Part shown: positions 29,582 to 38,414 of the stretch, in pieces
Numbering within the stretch: position 1 is the first letter of the stretch
Layout: each line of letters begins with the position of its first letter
Origin: a phage
Length of the DNA: 64,000 bases
Direction: 5' to 3' (one strand)
Sequence record: PZ445451.1
Position numbers and translations under genes: made by a program
The notes under the pieces: generated by a model
Told to the model about the DNA's origin: nothing
What the model saw: only the letters and a program-made list of their open reading frames with translations
The model's database searches: none

Positions 29582-29923
29582 ATGGAGCTAACAGAAGTAT
29601 GGGATATCGCTAAAGAGGCGATTATCCCTCTTATTGGCGTAATCTGGGTGGTCTTCAAACAGAAGATAGATGATATGGCAAGTGATTTGGATAAAATGGA
29701 AGACAAATACCGCGAACTAGAAAAGAAGTTGGTGTTTGTTGAATCCACTTATGCTACCAAAGCAGAACTTGCTCAAATGCTTAACCAGATCAACTCTACA
29801 TTAATGGCAAATAATACTGCCTTAGAACAGAAGATTGAAAAAATAATGGATTTAAAAAATGCTCCTGTTCAATTAATGTTAGAGGAGATTACGAAGCGCA
29901 CACAAAGTAAGGACAAAAATTAA
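29582..29923 (+). CDS. Membrane-anchored coiled-coil protein (unknown function)
   Basis: 113 aa; N-terminal TM segment IIPLIGVIWVVF followed by a heptad-like charged region. Confidence 0.35.
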   Translation: MELTEVWDIAKEAIIPLIGVIWVVFKQKIDDMASDLDKMEDKYRELEKKLVFVESTYATKAELAQMLNQINSTLMANNTALEQKIEKIMDLKNAPVQLMLEEITKRTQSKDKN

Positions 29924-32337
29924 TGGCGAATTTTCCAACATATCCTGCTACGACACTAGAACAAGGTGTTGATCTGGTTATATTCTCGTCTAACCAGATG
30001 CATGATGTTATTAATGGGGATGCTACAGCAACTGTAGAAACCGAAACAGGTTTAATACCTACACTGCGTAAAGCACTTGTTGATAACTTCTTCTTTAAGA
30101 GTCCTGTTGCTTGGTCAGCAGGATCAACTGAAACTGTATTTAACCAGTTACGTTATTTTGAAAACGGTATCTTGAGTGGATACTATTATGCCCCATCTGC
30201 CACTACTGCTAACCCTGTACCTATGCAGGGTACACCTGTAGGAGATAGTAACTGGACTCTGTACGCTCTTAAAACTGAACAGTTAGCTTCAGATGTGTAT
30301 CCTTGGTATTTTAAAGGTGCTACAGGATATGAAACAGAAATCAGTCCTCCTTATATCTTTGATAATGCTATTGTCACCATTAATGGTGTAATTCAGATTC
30401 AAGGTGAAGCATTTACTATCAAAGATAGTAAAATTATTCTGGCAGAACCATTAGGTTTAGATCCGTCTACTGGTCTACCTAACAAATTGTTTGCTTTTAT
30501 TGGTAAAACAACAGCCTCTACTTCTTACGTAGAGAAAAACCTTTTGTCATCTACTACTGGTGCAGCAATGGTTGGTCTTCCATCTGGAGGCAACCTGTTA
30601 CAAGCTCAATACTTTGTAACGCCTGAGCAGTTTGGTGCAATTGGGGATGGAGTTACCGATGATACTCAAGCAATTTTAAAAACCATTACTTTCGCTAACA
30701 CGAATAACATTCAAGTACGTGCAGATAAGAATTATAGATTCACAAGCTCAATTGCTATGTCTGGTATTCGTTGGTATGGTGGTACATTCACTGGTAACGG
30801 TGGAACAATGATTTCTACTGTGTCCTGTTGGATTGAAAACGTTCGCTTTGAAAAATGTTATGTTAAGATGTTAGGTGGGGATTGCCGATTCTATCGTAAT
30901 ATCTTCTCCAACGCAACATCTACAGCAGCATTCTTAATGCAAGCAATGACAAGTGAAGGTACGTTGGACTTCAGTTACAACGAAATGTATGGTTGTAAAT
31001 ATGCGATCCTGCAACAAGGTACTGGAGAAGTAATGACCTACGGGCGTTACTCTAACAACTATATTCACGATATTAAAGGTGATGCTATTGAACTTAACGT
31101 AGTTCAAAAACACTACACTGAAGGTTTGATTATCGAGAATAACCACATTGCTAACGTAGATGCTTCTGGACAAGGGGCAAACTGGGGTATTGGTATTGGT
31201 GTAGCAGGTAGTGGCCCATATGGTGTTGATGTTCCTGATTCACAATATGTACGTAATTTCAGTATCGTTGGGAATAGGGTTTACAATTGCCGTCAATGTT
31301 TACACGTTGAAATGGGTAAAAACTTCACAATACGTGATAATGAAGTTTATCCTAACACAGCAGTTTCAACAGGTACAGGTTTAACTACTTGTGGTGTTGC
31401 ATTATACGGATGCCAAGATTTTGAAGTTGATGGTTTAACTGGTTATCTGCTTAATGACCCATCTGTTTCAACACGCATGGTCTTTATTGACTGGGGTGTT
31501 AACAGTGGAAGATATGCGGGGCCACCAATTAACTTTACAATTAAGAATTTGGATATTCCAGAATCTTCAATTGAGATTGCAACATCTGGATCAGATGACT
31601 GGGAAAACTCTACAATTGTTAGTAATATCAATTGTAATGTTTTTAAATGGCGTGGGCTACCATCTAGCTCTACCTTTAATAATATTCGTTGCCGTAGTAT
31701 TGACTTTATTGGTCAACACGGAAGCGGAGAAGGAAGTGGTGGCGGTTTCTATACTCGCAGTCAATTCACGTATATGAAGTGGGTAGGATGCACAGCACTT
31801 AGCGGAGATGAAACAACAGTTTCTTTTGCTAAAATCTACACTGATCGTTGCGATCAGGTTGGAAATAATTTTGGTGTTCCAACTGCTGTTGATGGTACAG
31901 GTCATCGTGGGCCAGTTTTAACTACTATTTCTGAACAATATTTTACAGCTTATGATGAATTCCCAGGTGGGCGTGAATTCCCTACTGGAACAGTTATTCA
32001 TTGTGCAAGCGGTAAAAAACATGTTGTTACAGTAGGTGGTGCTTTCTTTAGTGACAACGAGAAAATAAAAGCAACTGTTACAGGTCAAACCTATCTACAG
32101 TCTAATGCTTTAAACTGGGCTAGTAATGGCTACGCTAAAGCAGCAGGTACTAAGATTGTTATTCCAGGTGCAGGTGCAAATGGCGGCGATCTTGTGACAA
32201 CTATAGCACGTGCTACATACGTGACAAATAGTTTGTACACAATAGATATTGCAGATCCAATTGTAACACCTACAGCAGAGAATACACAAATTAAAGCTCT
32301 GAATCCTGTTACTTTTGTTACTGTCAACAATGCTTAA
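29923..32337 (+). CDS. Tailspike protein with pectate-lyase-type beta-helix (putative depolymerase)
   Basis: 804 aa; motif PEQFGAIGDGVTDDTQAI is the classic N-terminal signature of pectate-lyase-3 / GH28-like beta-helix tailspikes; N-terminal anchor domain. Confidence 0.65.
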   Translation: MANFPTYPATTLEQGVDLVIFSSNQMHDVINGDATATVETETGLIPTLRKALVDNFFFKSPVAWSAGSTETVFNQLRYFENGILSGYYYAPSATTANPVPMQGTPVGDSNWTLYALKTEQLASDVYPWYFKGATGYETEISPPYIFDNAIVTINGVIQIQGEAFTIKDSKIILAEPLGLDPSTGLPNKLFAFIGKTTASTSYVEKNLLSSTTGAAMVGLPSGGNLLQAQYFVTPEQFGAIGDGVTDDTQAILKTITFANTNNIQVRADKNYRFTSSIAMSGIRWYGGTFTGNGGTMISTVSCWIENVRFEKCYVKMLGGDCRFYRNIFSNATSTAAFLMQAMTSEGTLDFSYNEMYGCKYAILQQGTGEVMTYGRYSNNYIHDIKGDAIELNVVQKHYTEGLIIENNHIANVDASGQGANWGIGIGVAGSGPYGVDVPDSQYVRNFSIVGNRVYNCRQCLHVEMGKNFTIRDNEVYPNTAVSTGTGLTTCGVALYGCQDFEVDGLTGYLLNDPSVSTRMVFIDWGVNSGRYAGPPINFTIKNLDIPESSIEIATSGSDDWENSTIVSNINCNVFKWRGLPSSSTFNNIRCRSIDFIGQHGSGEGSGGGFYTRSQFTYMKWVGCTALSGDETTVSFAKIYTDRCDQVGNNFGVPTAVDGTGHRGPVLTTISEQYFTAYDEFPGGREFPTGTVIHCASGKKHVVTVGGAFFSDNEKIKATVTGQTYLQSNALNWASNGYAKAAGTKIVIPGAGANGGDLVTTIARATYVTNSLYTIDIADPIVTPTAENTQIKALNPVTFVTVNNA

Positions 32338-32340
32338 TTA

Positions 32341-32363
32341 AAAAGGGGCGAAAGCCCCTTTAT
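32341..32363 (+). terminator. Rho-independent terminator (GAAA loop)
   Basis: aaggggc-gaaa-gcccctt followed by tataaaa. Confidence 0.55.
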
Positions 32364-32378
32364 AAAAGGAGTAGTAAA

Positions 32379-34340
32379 GTGATTTTAACACGTCCAAATA
32401 GTGCCATTGCAGACATGGTAGAGTCTCGCTATAGAAAGCGTAGAAGTTTTGCAAGTGGTTTTACCTTAAGAGATGCTCGTGAAGCATTGCTCTTTGAAGC
32501 TGACGGTAACTACTATCAGTGGAAAGGTTCTCTACCTAAAGTTGTACCTGCTAACTCTACTCCTACATCTACTGGAGGGATTTCAGATACAGCTTGGAAA
32601 AATGTGGGTAATGCAGATGACATTGCTCAAATAGAATCAGAATTAGATGCTATTGAAGCTGAAATTGAAGATCTTAGAGAATCCATTCCAGAAGCTGGTA
32701 AATCAGCTTACCAGATTGCCGTAGACAATGGTTTCCAAGGTACTGAGACAGACTGGTTGGCTTCTTTAAAAGGTGATCCAGGTGCTCCATTAAAGCTGCT
32801 AGGGACGCTATCTAATACCAACCAATTACCTGCAACTGGAAACAATGCAGGAGATGCATGGATTGTAGGCGAGAATATGTATGCTTGGGATGGTACTGCT
32901 TGGAGAAAAGTAAACTCACAGGGGCCAGAAGGTAAATCTGCTTATGAAGTATGGCTTGCAGCAGGAAATGAAGGTACAGAACTAGATTATCTTGCTTCAA
33001 TTAAAGGTGATAAAGGGGAGCCTGGCCCAGAGGGGCCACAAGGTGTGCCAGGTAATAATGCTAATGGTTTTGATTACCAAGGCGCAGCTAATTCCGTTTC
33101 AGATCTTCCTTCTGCATCTCATGGAAACACATCTCAAGCATGGAGTGTTGGTACATATCTATACGTGTCAAACGGTGTAGAATGGATCAATATGGGCGCT
33201 ATAGTGGGGCCAAAAGGAGATAAAGGCGACAAAGGAGATAAGGGTAATACTGGTGATTCAGCTTATCAAGTCTGGTTAAATGCTGGTAACGTTGGTACTA
33301 TTGACGAATATATTGCCTCTCTGAAAGGAGAAAAAGGTGATAAGGGAGACAAGGGTGATCAAGGTGTACAGGGTATACAAGGCTTGACGGGGCCAACTGG
33401 CGCAGGGTTGACCATTATTGATATTCTGACTAACACTTCTGAACTACCACAAACTGGAGAAGATGGTGATGGTTATCTAATCAATAATGAACTTTGGGTC
33501 TGGTTGCAAGGAGCCACAGAGTGGACAAATGTTGGTCGTTTAGCTGGTACTCCAATCACTGCAAAAGGACACGTTGCGTCTGCAAGTGCGCTTCCTCCTA
33601 CAGCCAATTACGGTGATGCTTATCTGACGGAAGATACAGGTCATCTTTACATTTACACCTATAATGAACAAACTCAAACTGCTGAATATGTAGATATGGG
33701 TAGTTTGAAAGGTGATAAGGGTGAAAAAGGTGACGCTGGTACTAACGGTACAGACGGTGCAACTTGGATTGTTAAAACAACAGATCCAATCTCTAGTGAT
33801 GGTAAACAAGGTGATTATGCCTTTAATATCTCCACTGGTGAGGTGTTCTTAAAAACATCTGCAACTGTCTGGTCTTCTCAAGGTACACTACCTAGTATCA
33901 CAGATGCACCTAGTGATGGTAAGACTTATGCTCGTAAAGATGGGGCATGGGAAGAACTCACTAATTCTGTAGATGGTCAAGATATAGTTCCAACAAAAGT
34001 AACAACTAATTTTATAGAGGTTACAGCATATACCAACAATTCTGTTACAGGGGACTGGACACCTCCAGGAACACATAACATGAATGTGTTGAATCTTACT
34101 GGTAACGCTACTATAAAAGCATGGCCTGGTGTCGAAGATAGTACAAAACCTAAACCATTCTCTGCAATAGTTTATCTTATCCAAGATGCCACTGGAGGTC
34201 GTACTGTTACTTTAGATCCATCTTACAAAGTAATTGGTTCCAGTGATATTAATACAGATCCTAACGGAGTAACAATACTACAACTAACATATTGTGGTGT
34301 TGGTGATTACGTGGATGCTATTGTTGCTAAACGCACATAA
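32379..34340 (+). CDS. Collagen-like repeat tail fibre protein
   Basis: 653 aa; several Gly-X-Y tracts (GDKGDKGDKGNTG, GEKGDKGDKGDQGVQGIQGLTGPTG) interleaved with a repeated module SAYQ.W..AGN.GT..DYLAS.KG; GTG start with AAAGGAG RBS. Confidence 0.65.
   Translation: MILTRPNSAIADMVESRYRKRRSFASGFTLRDAREALLFEADGNYYQWKGSLPKVVPANSTPTSTGGISDTAWKNVGNADDIAQIESELDAIEAEIEDLRESIPEAGKSAYQIAVDNGFQGTETDWLASLKGDPGAPLKLLGTLSNTNQLPATGNNAGDAWIVGENMYAWDGTAWRKVNSQGPEGKSAYEVWLAAGNEGTELDYLASIKGDKGEPGPEGPQGVPGNNANGFDYQGAANSVSDLPSASHGNTSQAWSVGTYLYVSNGVEWINMGAIVGPKGDKGDKGDKGNTGDSAYQVWLNAGNVGTIDEYIASLKGEKGDKGDKGDQGVQGIQGLTGPTGAGLTIIDILTNTSELPQTGEDGDGYLINNELWVWLQGATEWTNVGRLAGTPITAKGHVASASALPPTANYGDAYLTEDTGHLYIYTYNEQTQTAEYVDMGSLKGDKGEKGDAGTNGTDGATWIVKTTDPISSDGKQGDYAFNISTGEVFLKTSATVWSSQGTLPSITDAPSDGKTYARKDGAWEELTNSVDGQDIVPTKVTTNFIEVTAYTNNSVTGDWTPPGTHNMNVLNLTGNATIKAWPGVEDSTKPKPFSAIVYLIQDATGGRTVTLDPSYKVIGSSDINTDPNGVTILQLTYCGVGDYVDAIVAKRT
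33220..33365 (+). repeat. In-frame tandem 9 bp repeats (GAT AAR GGN) encoding collagen-like Gly-X-Y tracts
   Basis: Repeated gataaaggcgacaaaggagataagggt-type units inside the fibre gene. Confidence 0.6.
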
Positions 34341-34343
34341 TCA

Positions 34344-34368
34344 AAGCCCCTTCGGGGGCTTATTGTTT
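34344..34368 (+). terminator. Rho-independent terminator (UUCG loop)
   Basis: agcccc-ttcg-ggggct followed by tattgttt. Confidence 0.55.
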
Positions 34369-34379
34369 AAGGAGATTAA

Positions 34380-37199
34380 ATGTATCCTATTCCTCTATTT
34401 ATGTCAACAACACCAGCTTCAGTAGTAACAGCTACATCTATAACTACTTCCTCTATTGGTATTGCAATAGTTGGTGGTAAAAAACAACTGACATACACAG
34501 TTACACCGGAAGATGGTGCATTATTTGATATAGCTTTTTCATCTTCAGATAATACCAAAATGGTTATAGATAATAGTGGTATGATGGAGTTTGTTGCCGA
34601 AGGTGGTTTTGATGCAATAATGACAGCTAAAAATAATTTAGGTGCTGTCTTAACTGATCAATCTGGTGGTTATGCTTCAGAATTAAGTGTGTACACTGAA
34701 AGTCTATCGGCTATGGATGTAGGCACTACTCAACAGTTAGTTGCTACAATCAGTCCAGAAGGTGCTAAAGACCTTCCAGATATGGTAATTACATACACCA
34801 CAACAGATCCAGAAGTAGCTACTGTAAGCCCTACAGGGTTAATAACTGCTCTTAAAGATGGCGGTTGCCGTATAGGTTGTACTGCAACGTATCAAGGAAC
34901 AGTTGTGGCCTCTGATAGGTCTTATTTAGGTGTTAATGCTATTCCTGTTATTTCTAATGTAACAGCCGTGGCAAACAGTTATGGAGACGTTCGTGTTGCT
35001 TGGGATGTAACTGATCCACTAGACGGTGATACTTATACTGTAGAAGTATTAGATTTAAGTGATAATAGTGTTCAGTGGACTACAACAACCACGAATACTC
35101 ATGCTTACTTTGATATCTCTGACTCTATTCCTCTTTATGGGTTTGCTCCAACATACCTTAAAATTAGCGTTAAGAGCACCAAAGCAGCAGCCGTTATCTT
35201 TAATAACTCAATAGCTACAGATGATTCATTCATTAAAGAAGTTATTGTCTTTGCTGGACAAGATAACGTAAATGCACACTTTACAGAACTATCTGGTGCA
35301 AATAAAGCAGCAATGAGTAGCACAACAGCCCGTAATGCATATGCTGCGCAACGTGGTTTAGCAAATGCTGAAGTTCTTCCGTTAAATACAGCTTCTGGAT
35401 CATCAGCAGCAGATAAATATGCTGACGATAAAGCTGGAACAGGTACACCAGACAATTACTGGTATGATCTGGATAACACAGCAGATGGGCCATGCTTAAC
35501 TAACTTTATCACTAAAGTCACACCTTATGCAAGTAAGGTTAAAGCAATTATTTGGGGACAAGGTGAAAATGATGCTGTATCAGCATCTTCGACTGTTGCA
35601 GGTAGGTACAGTAACACTACACGTTACCATGATGCTACGATAGCTATCTTTGATAAGATGCGTACAATAGTTCCTGCTTCTCAAGCAAAAATTGTTTGGC
35701 AGATCCTAGGACGTTCTTATTTATATGGTGTAGAAGTTAATGGTGTGGATTGGCAGAAGTACAGAAATGTACAAAGAACCATCTCTACAGCACGTGATGA
35801 TGTTATCATTGGTTCTTGGGTAGATGGTGCTGAACGTTACAGTGGCTATGTTTATGAAGAAGGTATTGATGGTCGTATCCATTATGTTTCTTCTGTATAC
35901 CAAACAGCAGCTACAAAACTTGCTAAATCGGCAGCAGACGGTACAGACTTAACATCAACGTCACCTGTTTGGGTTGATATGGCTGTTCCAACTGGAGCAA
36001 CAGCCACTTCCCAATCTAATCAAGATACAATTTTAGCATGGGATGCTCAAGGCTATAGTAAACACTACTTCCGTAATATTAACGTCTTAACCGCATCTGT
36101 ATTAACTGAACAAACGCTTAATACGAACAGTTATACGTTTACCTATGCAGATCAAGTAGAACAATATGGTTTTGCAGCAGGAACTGCTATATTTGATGTT
36201 GCATATTATGACGAAGCAAATGATGTGTTATCTCCTTTAGTACGTTTTAATGTTAATATTACAGCAGGAACCGAAGAAGATAAACCTGTCGTGATGGACT
36301 ATGATTTGACGCAAGAAACTCTCCCATCAGATGTTAAGGTTAATGGTGGGAACTCTTTTGCTCGTGCCTCTGGAGATAAACTTGTAGCCACTAACACCTT
36401 GGTTGCCCCGTTGGAGTATGTTGGTACTACCCCTGTAGGTAGACGTGTAACAGCTAACACAGCTACACAAATTTTTGTCAACAACGCCTTAACAAGTGCA
36501 AGCCCGTGGGTAAAGACCAACTTAACTGTTGCAGCTTCATCTGATAACTCTCCGGCTGGAACTACTGCTAATGTATTCAAATTAACTCCGACTACAACCT
36601 CTGGTAGTCATATCTTAACTGCAACATATACTAACGCGTACAACATATCTGCCGGACGTAACTGGTCTGCCTCTGTTTTCTTGAAAGCGAACGGGATTAC
36701 TAAGGCCAAACTAAGATTAAAAGCAGGAACTGAAGTTAATGAGGGTACTTTTGATTTAGCAGCAGGTACATTCACAGGAAGTGAAGCTAATATTATATCT
36801 ATGGGCAACGGTTGGTATCGTGCTATTCTGCATAAAACAGGGATAGCCAAACAGTCCTCCATAAGTTTTGAAATAATTGCCTTGGATGCAACTGGTGCGG
36901 AGATTTTCGCTGGAAATGGTACTAGTAACCTTGCAGTTTGGTTGCCACAGCTTGAAGGTGCTTCTACAGGAGAAACATCAAAAGCTGGATCGCCTTATGT
37001 CTGCACATATCCTGGAAATTTAGGAGGAGTATCCTTCACTATACCAAGGAACGGACATACTGGTGTGGATGTTTACTATTCCAACGGAGACGTTGTTCGT
37101 GACGTATTCTCTGGTACGGCATCTACTTGGACAATAAACTACTCCAGCTTGTACGATTGGGGATCAGTCTTTATTACAGGTTTGAAATATTACGACTAA
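34380..37199 (+). CDS. Tailspike/tail fibre with two Big_2 Ig-like domains and a SASA-type carbohydrate esterase domain
   Basis: 939 aa; N-terminal Big_2-like repeats (TQQLVATISPEGAKD...ATVSPTGLITALKDG); GQDN(V) and WGQGENDA motifs resemble the GQSN / QGESD motifs of sialate-O-acetylesterase-type domains; C-terminal beta-rich region. Confidence 0.55.
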   Translation: MYPIPLFMSTTPASVVTATSITTSSIGIAIVGGKKQLTYTVTPEDGALFDIAFSSSDNTKMVIDNSGMMEFVAEGGFDAIMTAKNNLGAVLTDQSGGYASELSVYTESLSAMDVGTTQQLVATISPEGAKDLPDMVITYTTTDPEVATVSPTGLITALKDGGCRIGCTATYQGTVVASDRSYLGVNAIPVISNVTAVANSYGDVRVAWDVTDPLDGDTYTVEVLDLSDNSVQWTTTTTNTHAYFDISDSIPLYGFAPTYLKISVKSTKAAAVIFNNSIATDDSFIKEVIVFAGQDNVNAHFTELSGANKAAMSSTTARNAYAAQRGLANAEVLPLNTASGSSAADKYADDKAGTGTPDNYWYDLDNTADGPCLTNFITKVTPYASKVKAIIWGQGENDAVSASSTVAGRYSNTTRYHDATIAIFDKMRTIVPASQAKIVWQILGRSYLYGVEVNGVDWQKYRNVQRTISTARDDVIIGSWVDGAERYSGYVYEEGIDGRIHYVSSVYQTAATKLAKSAADGTDLTSTSPVWVDMAVPTGATATSQSNQDTILAWDAQGYSKHYFRNINVLTASVLTEQTLNTNSYTFTYADQVEQYGFAAGTAIFDVAYYDEANDVLSPLVRFNVNITAGTEEDKPVVMDYDLTQETLPSDVKVNGGNSFARASGDKLVATNTLVAPLEYVGTTPVGRRVTANTATQIFVNNALTSASPWVKTNLTVAASSDNSPAGTTANVFKLTPTTTSGSHILTATYTNAYNISAGRNWSASVFLKANGITKAKLRLKAGTEVNEGTFDLAAGTFTGSEANIISMGNGWYRAILHKTGIAKQSSISFEIIALDATGAEIFAGNGTSNLAVWLPQLEGASTGETSKAGSPYVCTYPGNLGGVSFTIPRNGHTGVDVYYSNGDVVRDVFSGTASTWTINYSSLYDWGSVFITGLKYYD

Positions 37200-37200
37200 T

Positions 37201-37230
37201 AAAAAAGGAGCCATTAGGCTCCTTTTCTTT
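37201..37230. terminator. Bidirectional terminator at the convergence of + and - transcription units
   Basis: Stem ggagcc / ggctcc with loop atta, flanked by aaaaaa on one side and ttttctttt on the other. Confidence 0.65.
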
Positions 37231-37234
37231 TATC

Positions 37235-37666
37235 TTAATCAGTGAAAATTACGCTTACATCTTCTTTAGAAAAGAGTTTATGATCTTCACCTTTTGTCTC
37301 AAGAGTTTCATACAGGTTAAGAAGTTCTGAAACATCTTTCTCTACCAGTTTCTTCAATGTTGCAATTTTCTGTTTGCGATTCTTAATACGTTCAGCTACA
37401 ACCTTACGTTGGTATCCAGCAGTACGATAACCTGAGAAAGTTACACCAGTGAGACTTGCAGTTACAGGATCGTAATGACGTTCAATCTGAAATTTATTAA
37501 AAGGTACAGCGTCATCACGAATAATCTTACCGCCATTACTTACTTGACGAAGACCAGTAACTTGTTCCAGTCGTGCCATAGAAATCTTTGGAGATAGACC
37601 AGAATCCAGGTTCATACCGTTGTTAATCAGTGCTTTCAGGGTGATTTTGCTGTTCAGTGTACTCAT
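37235..37666 (-). CDS. Hypothetical protein
   Basis: 143 aa ORF; GGAGG about 9 nt upstream of the ATG; 5' end overlaps the 3' end of the methyltransferase gene by about 44 nt. Confidence 0.45.
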   Translation of the reverse strand: MSTLNSKITLKALINNGMNLDSGLSPKISMARLEQVTGLRQVSNGGKIIRDDAVPFNKFQIERHYDPVTASLTGVTFSGYRTAGYQRKVVAERIKNRKQKIATLKKLVEKDVSELLNLYETLETKGEDHKLFSKEDVSVIFTD

Positions 37667-38354
37667 TTAGTCGTTCCTCCGCTTGCTTAAAAATATTTAC
37701 ATCGGCTTCACAGCCTAAGTATTCTCTACCTGTTAAAAGTGCCGCAACTTGTGTTGTTGCACTTCCAGAGAAGAAGTCTAAGATTACATCTCCTTCGTTG
37801 GTATGTATATTAATAAGGTCACAAAACAAAGTCAAGTGTTTTTGTGTTGGATGAAAACGATCTGCTCCTTGATAGATAGGATACTCAAACACACCCTTAT
37901 GGTAGGAAGCATTGAAGGTTGGCTTCGAACCTTTAACACAAACAATAGCCATCTCTTTAGCGTTACTAAGATAGTTAACACCGCTGTTGATGGGTACAGG
38001 GTTTGTTTTAATCCATTCAATAGTACGGAACATACGAAAACCAAGCGGTTCAAGGATTTCACGTAGCTCCTGGATCTTCCAGATATCATACCAAACTATG
38101 CAAGTACCACCTTTTCTAAGCACCCTATAGGCTTCTTTGAATACTTCTTTAAAGTAAGGAATATCTACAACATCCCAATCACCAAAGTTGTAAGATACAC
38201 GGAATCTATCTGTATCTTTTCCAGTAGGCTCTCCAGATTGAAAATTTGTGTCACGAGAAATAGCATATGGTGGATCAGTAAGAATCAAATCTACACTATT
38301 GCTTTCGAGGGTTTGCAGGTAGTTTAATGCGGTGTTGTTTACAAATTCGCTCAT
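37623..38354 (-). CDS. DNA methyltransferase (beta-class N6-adenine/N4-cytosine amino-MTase), orphan
   Basis: 243 aa; N-terminal DPPY catalytic motif followed by a C-terminal AdoMet-binding motif (DFFSGSATT) in the beta-class order; no restriction endonuclease gene adjacent. Confidence 0.7.
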   Translation of the reverse strand: MSEFVNNTALNYLQTLESNSVDLILTDPPYAISRDTNFQSGEPTGKDTDRFRVSYNFGDWDVVDIPYFKEVFKEAYRVLRKGGTCIVWYDIWKIQELREILEPLGFRMFRTIEWIKTNPVPINSGVNYLSNAKEMAIVCVKGSKPTFNASYHKGVFEYPIYQGADRFHPTQKHLTLFCDLINIHTNEGDVILDFFSGSATTQVAALLTGREYLGCEADVNIFKQAEERLNEYTEQQNHPESTD

Positions 38355-38371
38355 TATATCTCCTTCAAAGA

Positions 38372-38393
38372 AAAGGAGCCGTTAGGCTCCTTA
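38372..38393 (-). terminator. Hairpin terminator, near-identical copy of the 37201-37230 hairpin
   Basis: Stem ggagcc / ggctcc with loop gtta; a U-rich tract follows on the - strand; lies between the SSB and methyltransferase genes. Confidence 0.5.
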
Positions 38394-38414
38394 TATTTAC
38401 ACAATATTTAATTA

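Noticed and set aside
33220-33365. Short direct repeats that could suggest a CRISPR array
   Set aside because: The repeats are 9 bp, in frame, and encode Gly-X-Y collagen-like tracts within a long ORF; there is no repeat-spacer architecture.
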